Assembly (NCBI GenBank): GCA_965644495.1 | Contig: CBFFSA010000001.1 | Location: 1 to 64,000 of the forward strand | DNA: 64,000 nt | Direction: 5' to 3' | From: Perkinsela sp. CCAP 1560/9 | Taxonomy: Eukaryota; Protista; Euglenozoa: Kinetoplastea | Part shown: one piece after another, positions 61,002 to 64,000 of the stretch | Numbering within the stretch: position 1 is the first letter of the stretch | Layout: each line of letters starts with the position of its first letter | Program-made: the position numbers and the translations under genes | The notes under the pieces: model-generated | The model's database searches: none | Told to the model about the DNA's origin: nothing | Seen by the model: the letters and a program-made list of their open reading frames with translations, nothing else

Positions 61002-61394
61002 CTCCCCCCCCTATCCTAGCGTTGCCCCGGTCCCCCCCCTCCTAGCGTTGCTTTTGAGGATGACTAATCCAGCCGCGAAGCGGCAGATTTTTTTTTTGTT
61101 CTTTTTTTCCGAGTTCTATATTCATGAAGACATTTTTTTATCGATTTCAACAATTTATCAATCCCATGTTATTACTGTCATTAGCCATTAGTCTCACTAA
61201 TGGCTATATTACCATGGCTATATTACCATCTTAGAACCGTCATCGACATGTCTAAAGATTCACTTGAAAATCGTGGCCCGATGAGCAAGTACATTATTCG
61301 AAATTCCCCATTGGTGGGGGTTTTTACTCCCCCGCCCCCTCCTAGCGTTGCTTTTCACCAAAACCAGGCAACGCTAGGATAGGGGGGGGGAGAG
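61002..61394. mobile_element. MITE family A, 393-bp copy
   Basis: Same TIR/subterminal CCTAGCGTTGC motifs as 15182-15351; TA flanks. Confidence 0.9.
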
Positions 61395-61679
61395 TACCCC
61401 GTTTGCAGTCAGTTAAAAAAGGTATATACTACTAAAAAATTAAGCCCGAGCAGTGAACCTAGTGAAGCCAGTATCATTATGAAACTGACACTTTAAAGTT
61501 CATTATGATAGATTAACTTTCATAGAAATGGTATCGTACAAAAATATACTTCAAATCCGGAGGAGAAGAACTTGAACCTCTAATTCGGACCTTTTCTTTG
61601 CAATGTTGAAGCCCCAAGGCTACTTTACATGCCTCCGCATTTCTGACTTTGTTTTCGTTGCGTAGAACGAAATGTCTCC

Positions 61680-62891
61680 ATGAAAATATTACGCAAGTCC
61701 ATGGACCGCGAGGGGGGTGGGCGACTCACGTTACTTCCCGAGCACGCCGAGGACATGTGGGACCTGTACAACCTTCTAGCCGCCGGGGACACGATTAAAA
61801 CCAAGACCACACGAAAGATTCAAACCGACGCCTCGGGGGGTAAATCTGCCACAGCCCATCGTAAAGTGTTGACGCTAATCCTTCGGCTCGTGCGTATTGA
61901 GTATGACGCCGTGAGCCTCACTCTACGGGTCGCGGGGATTAACATTGGGGAGAATGAATTCGTGCGACTCGGACAGCATCACACATTTACGTTGCAGCTC
62001 GGGTACGAGCTGAGTGTCGGGAAAGGGTCCTGGGATCCCGCCCATATGGAACACATTAAAGCCTCCTGTGACCGTGTAGCCTCTGCGGAGCTCGCGGCGG
62101 TGACCATGGAACCCGGGGTCGCACATATATCGTTAATTACCCCCAGCATGACACTTACACGAGAAACTATCGAGTCTGGGGTACCGAGAAAATCTCGTGC
62201 TTGTTACGATCCATCCAGCCGGGACAAGGCGATGGAAAAGTTTTTCGATAAAATTATTTCCGCCATGGAGCGACATGTTCACTGGGAGCATGTAAAAGTT
62301 TGTGTGATCGGATCCCCGGGATTCTTACGAGAACAATTCCTGGAGTATTTATTTCATAATAGTCCAGAAGCTGTGCAACACAAGAGTCGATTTGTGTCCT
62401 GTCTTCTGCACAGTGCGCACCGACGAGCGTTGGCTGAGGCTCTGGCCGATCCCGGGCTGCGGTCCCAGTTAGCCGACGTGAAGGCGTGTGAGGAGGCACG
62501 AGCGTTGGAACTGTTTTTTAAAAACATGAACGAAGACCCGGACACGGTGTGCTATGGCCCCCGGCATGTTGCGGAGGCGATCACTCGGAATGCTGTGGAC
62601 ACGCTACTACTGTGTGATACGCTGTTGAGTGCGGGGTATCCCACGCGTAGGCGATACGTTGCATTGGTAGATAACGTCCATGAGCTCGGGGGGAAGGTGT
62701 TGTTCTTCTCCTCGTTGCATGTCACCGGAAGGCAGCTCGCGCAAATGTCTGGGATTGCCGCGCTGCTGCGCTATCCTCTACCGGAGCTTGATAGTATCGT
62801 GGAAACGTTGGCCCCGCTGGAGGAGCATGGGGTCAAGGAAAAAACGCTTTTCGTGAAGGAGGGTGCAGTTCATGCAAACGCAACGAAGTAG
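61680..62891 (+). CDS. PELO: Pelota/Dom34 ribosome rescue factor
   Basis: PEHAEDMWDLYNL, TTRKI, NEFVRLGQHHT, IGSPGF, CYGPRHV, FSSLHVTGRQLAQMSGIAALLRYP. Confidence 0.97.
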   Translation: MKILRKSMDREGGGRLTLLPEHAEDMWDLYNLLAAGDTIKTKTTRKIQTDASGGKSATAHRKVLTLILRLVRIEYDAVSLTLRVAGINIGENEFVRLGQHHTFTLQLGYELSVGKGSWDPAHMEHIKASCDRVASAELAAVTMEPGVAHISLITPSMTLTRETIESGVPRKSRACYDPSSRDKAMEKFFDKIISAMERHVHWEHVKVCVIGSPGFLREQFLEYLFHNSPEAVQHKSRFVSCLLHSAHRRALAEALADPGLRSQLADVKACEEARALELFFKNMNEDPDTVCYGPRHVAEAITRNAVDTLLLCDTLLSAGYPTRRRYVALVDNVHELGGKVLFFSSLHVTGRQLAQMSGIAALLRYPLPELDSIVETLAPLEEHGVKEKTLFVKEGAVHANATK

Positions 62892-63078
62892 CATGTGCGA
62901 ATGGAATGAGTTATTTATTCATACATGACTTACAATTCTTCAGTCCAATTGATCCCAGGTTTACCCGGATTTCAGTATATCACTCTCCTTTTGCTGTTAT
63001 TCTACTGCAAAGTGTTGTTTTGCAAGTTGTATACCAGGATAGCTTATTTATTTTGGCTACAAGTTTCAAAATAATGAA

Positions 63079-64000
63079 ATGGAAGAAATAACGGTTATCC
63101 TTGGCCTTGAACGAAACAGCAAGGACGGCACTGATCCCCTTATTGGACCTTCGATTCCGTACGATGCTAGAGATCCCGAAATTTTTGGACATCCGTCCTA
63201 CATATCGATAGAGAATGACCCCTGTTATTCGAGTATTCGTGTTCTGGAGAAAGCTATGCTTGAGAATCGACAGGCGGAGAAATACCAAGAGAATTTTATG
63301 AACGAAGAATCAGTTAATCGTTTGAAAAGAATTAGAGAGATCCACCCTTATTGGGAGAAAGATTTTCGAGTTTTTAACTGGCTAAAGAACCTTCATAGGC
63401 ATTCACAACCTCCAACGGAAAGCACTTCAGGCAGTCCATTTCATGAACAGGATCCACTCCAGACATCACAACTTTTAAACGTCCGATATCGGTTGCGTCC
63501 TCAAGGACGGAGAAACAGTTTTTTTGAAAAACATGAAATTACTTCAGAGGATTTAATTCGCCTCATGCTTGAAGATCACCTGCACCGATTATATCTTCGA
63601 CAACAAGCTGTACGCTTCGCATGCGTGTCGAAATCCAGCAATGCGGGAATTCTTCCTTGCGACTTGCAATCAACCCAATTGTCGTTAGCGGAGAGCATCA
63701 CAGTTACAGTAGGACGGCGGCTCTATACGGAGAGCTTTCTCAAAAGTTGGGTACAACATAGAGAATACGTAGTACAGAGCGAAATTAGTTTTTGCGATAA
63801 AGACACACATGTGCAACACGTTCAGCTACCTCTGCATCTGGAACAGTTCGTGCATTGGCTGGGTGTTTTGCCTAGCGTAGGGGTATTTGCTACGGTTCTA
63901 GATTGGTTCTACACGCCACGCAACGGTGCAAAGTGTTCTGAGGAAGCAGTAAACGAAAAACGGATGCAAATGGAAAAGGTTTTCCAGGAGTGCACAAAAT
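63079..64000 (+). CDS. Hypothetical protein, >307 aa, runs off the right edge (absent from ORF track)
   Basis: Manual translation MEEITVILGLERNSKDGTDPLIGPSIPYD... has no stop before the window end. Confidence 0.7.
   Translation, partial: MEEITVILGLERNSKDGTDPLIGPSIPYDARDPEIFGHPSYISIENDPCYSSIRVLEKAMLENRQAEKYQENFMNEESVNRLKRIREIHPYWEKDFRVFNWLKNLHRHSQPPTESTSGSPFHEQDPLQTSQLLNVRYRLRPQGRRNSFFEKHEITSEDLIRLMLEDHLHRLYLRQQAVRFACVSKSSNAGILPCDLQSTQLSLAESITVTVGRRLYTESFLKSWVQHREYVVQSEISFCDKDTHVQHVQLPLHLEQFVHWLGVLPSVGVFATVLDWFYTPRNGAKCSEEAVNEKRMQMEKVFQECTK

Overview
Gene-dense, intron-poor eukaryotic DNA with a kinetoplastid-type layout. About 20 apparently intronless host genes all lie on the + strand, like one polycistronic unit. 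Recognisable ones are an F-box protein, PEX16, two LRR proteins, a fused helicase-polymerase POLQ, TYW2, a cytochrome b5 reductase-like protein, SEC6, APC10, a 3191-aa repeat protein, a Tc-38/p38-like protein and PELOTA. The organism assignment (early-branching kinetoplastid, e.g. Perkinsela-like) is inference. Intergenic space is filled with cut-and-paste DNA transposons: Merlin, pogo (DD43D), Tc1 (DD32E), PIF/Harbinger-type, and at least six TA-flanked MITE families. They are often nested, and almost all their coding remnants are antisense to the host genes. Most notable signals: (1) a degenerate tandem spliced-leader (SL) RNA gene-like locus at ~43.4-44.5 kb, with related pieces at ~32.6 kb and captured inside the Tc1 element; (2) sharp C-rich to G-rich skew-switch islands inside coding sequences, two of them with minisatellite expansion; (3) a ~90-bp module lying upstream of transposases from two unrelated superfamilies; (4) an unidentified ~200-nt structured RNA candidate. 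All homology calls come from motif recognition by eye; no searches were run.
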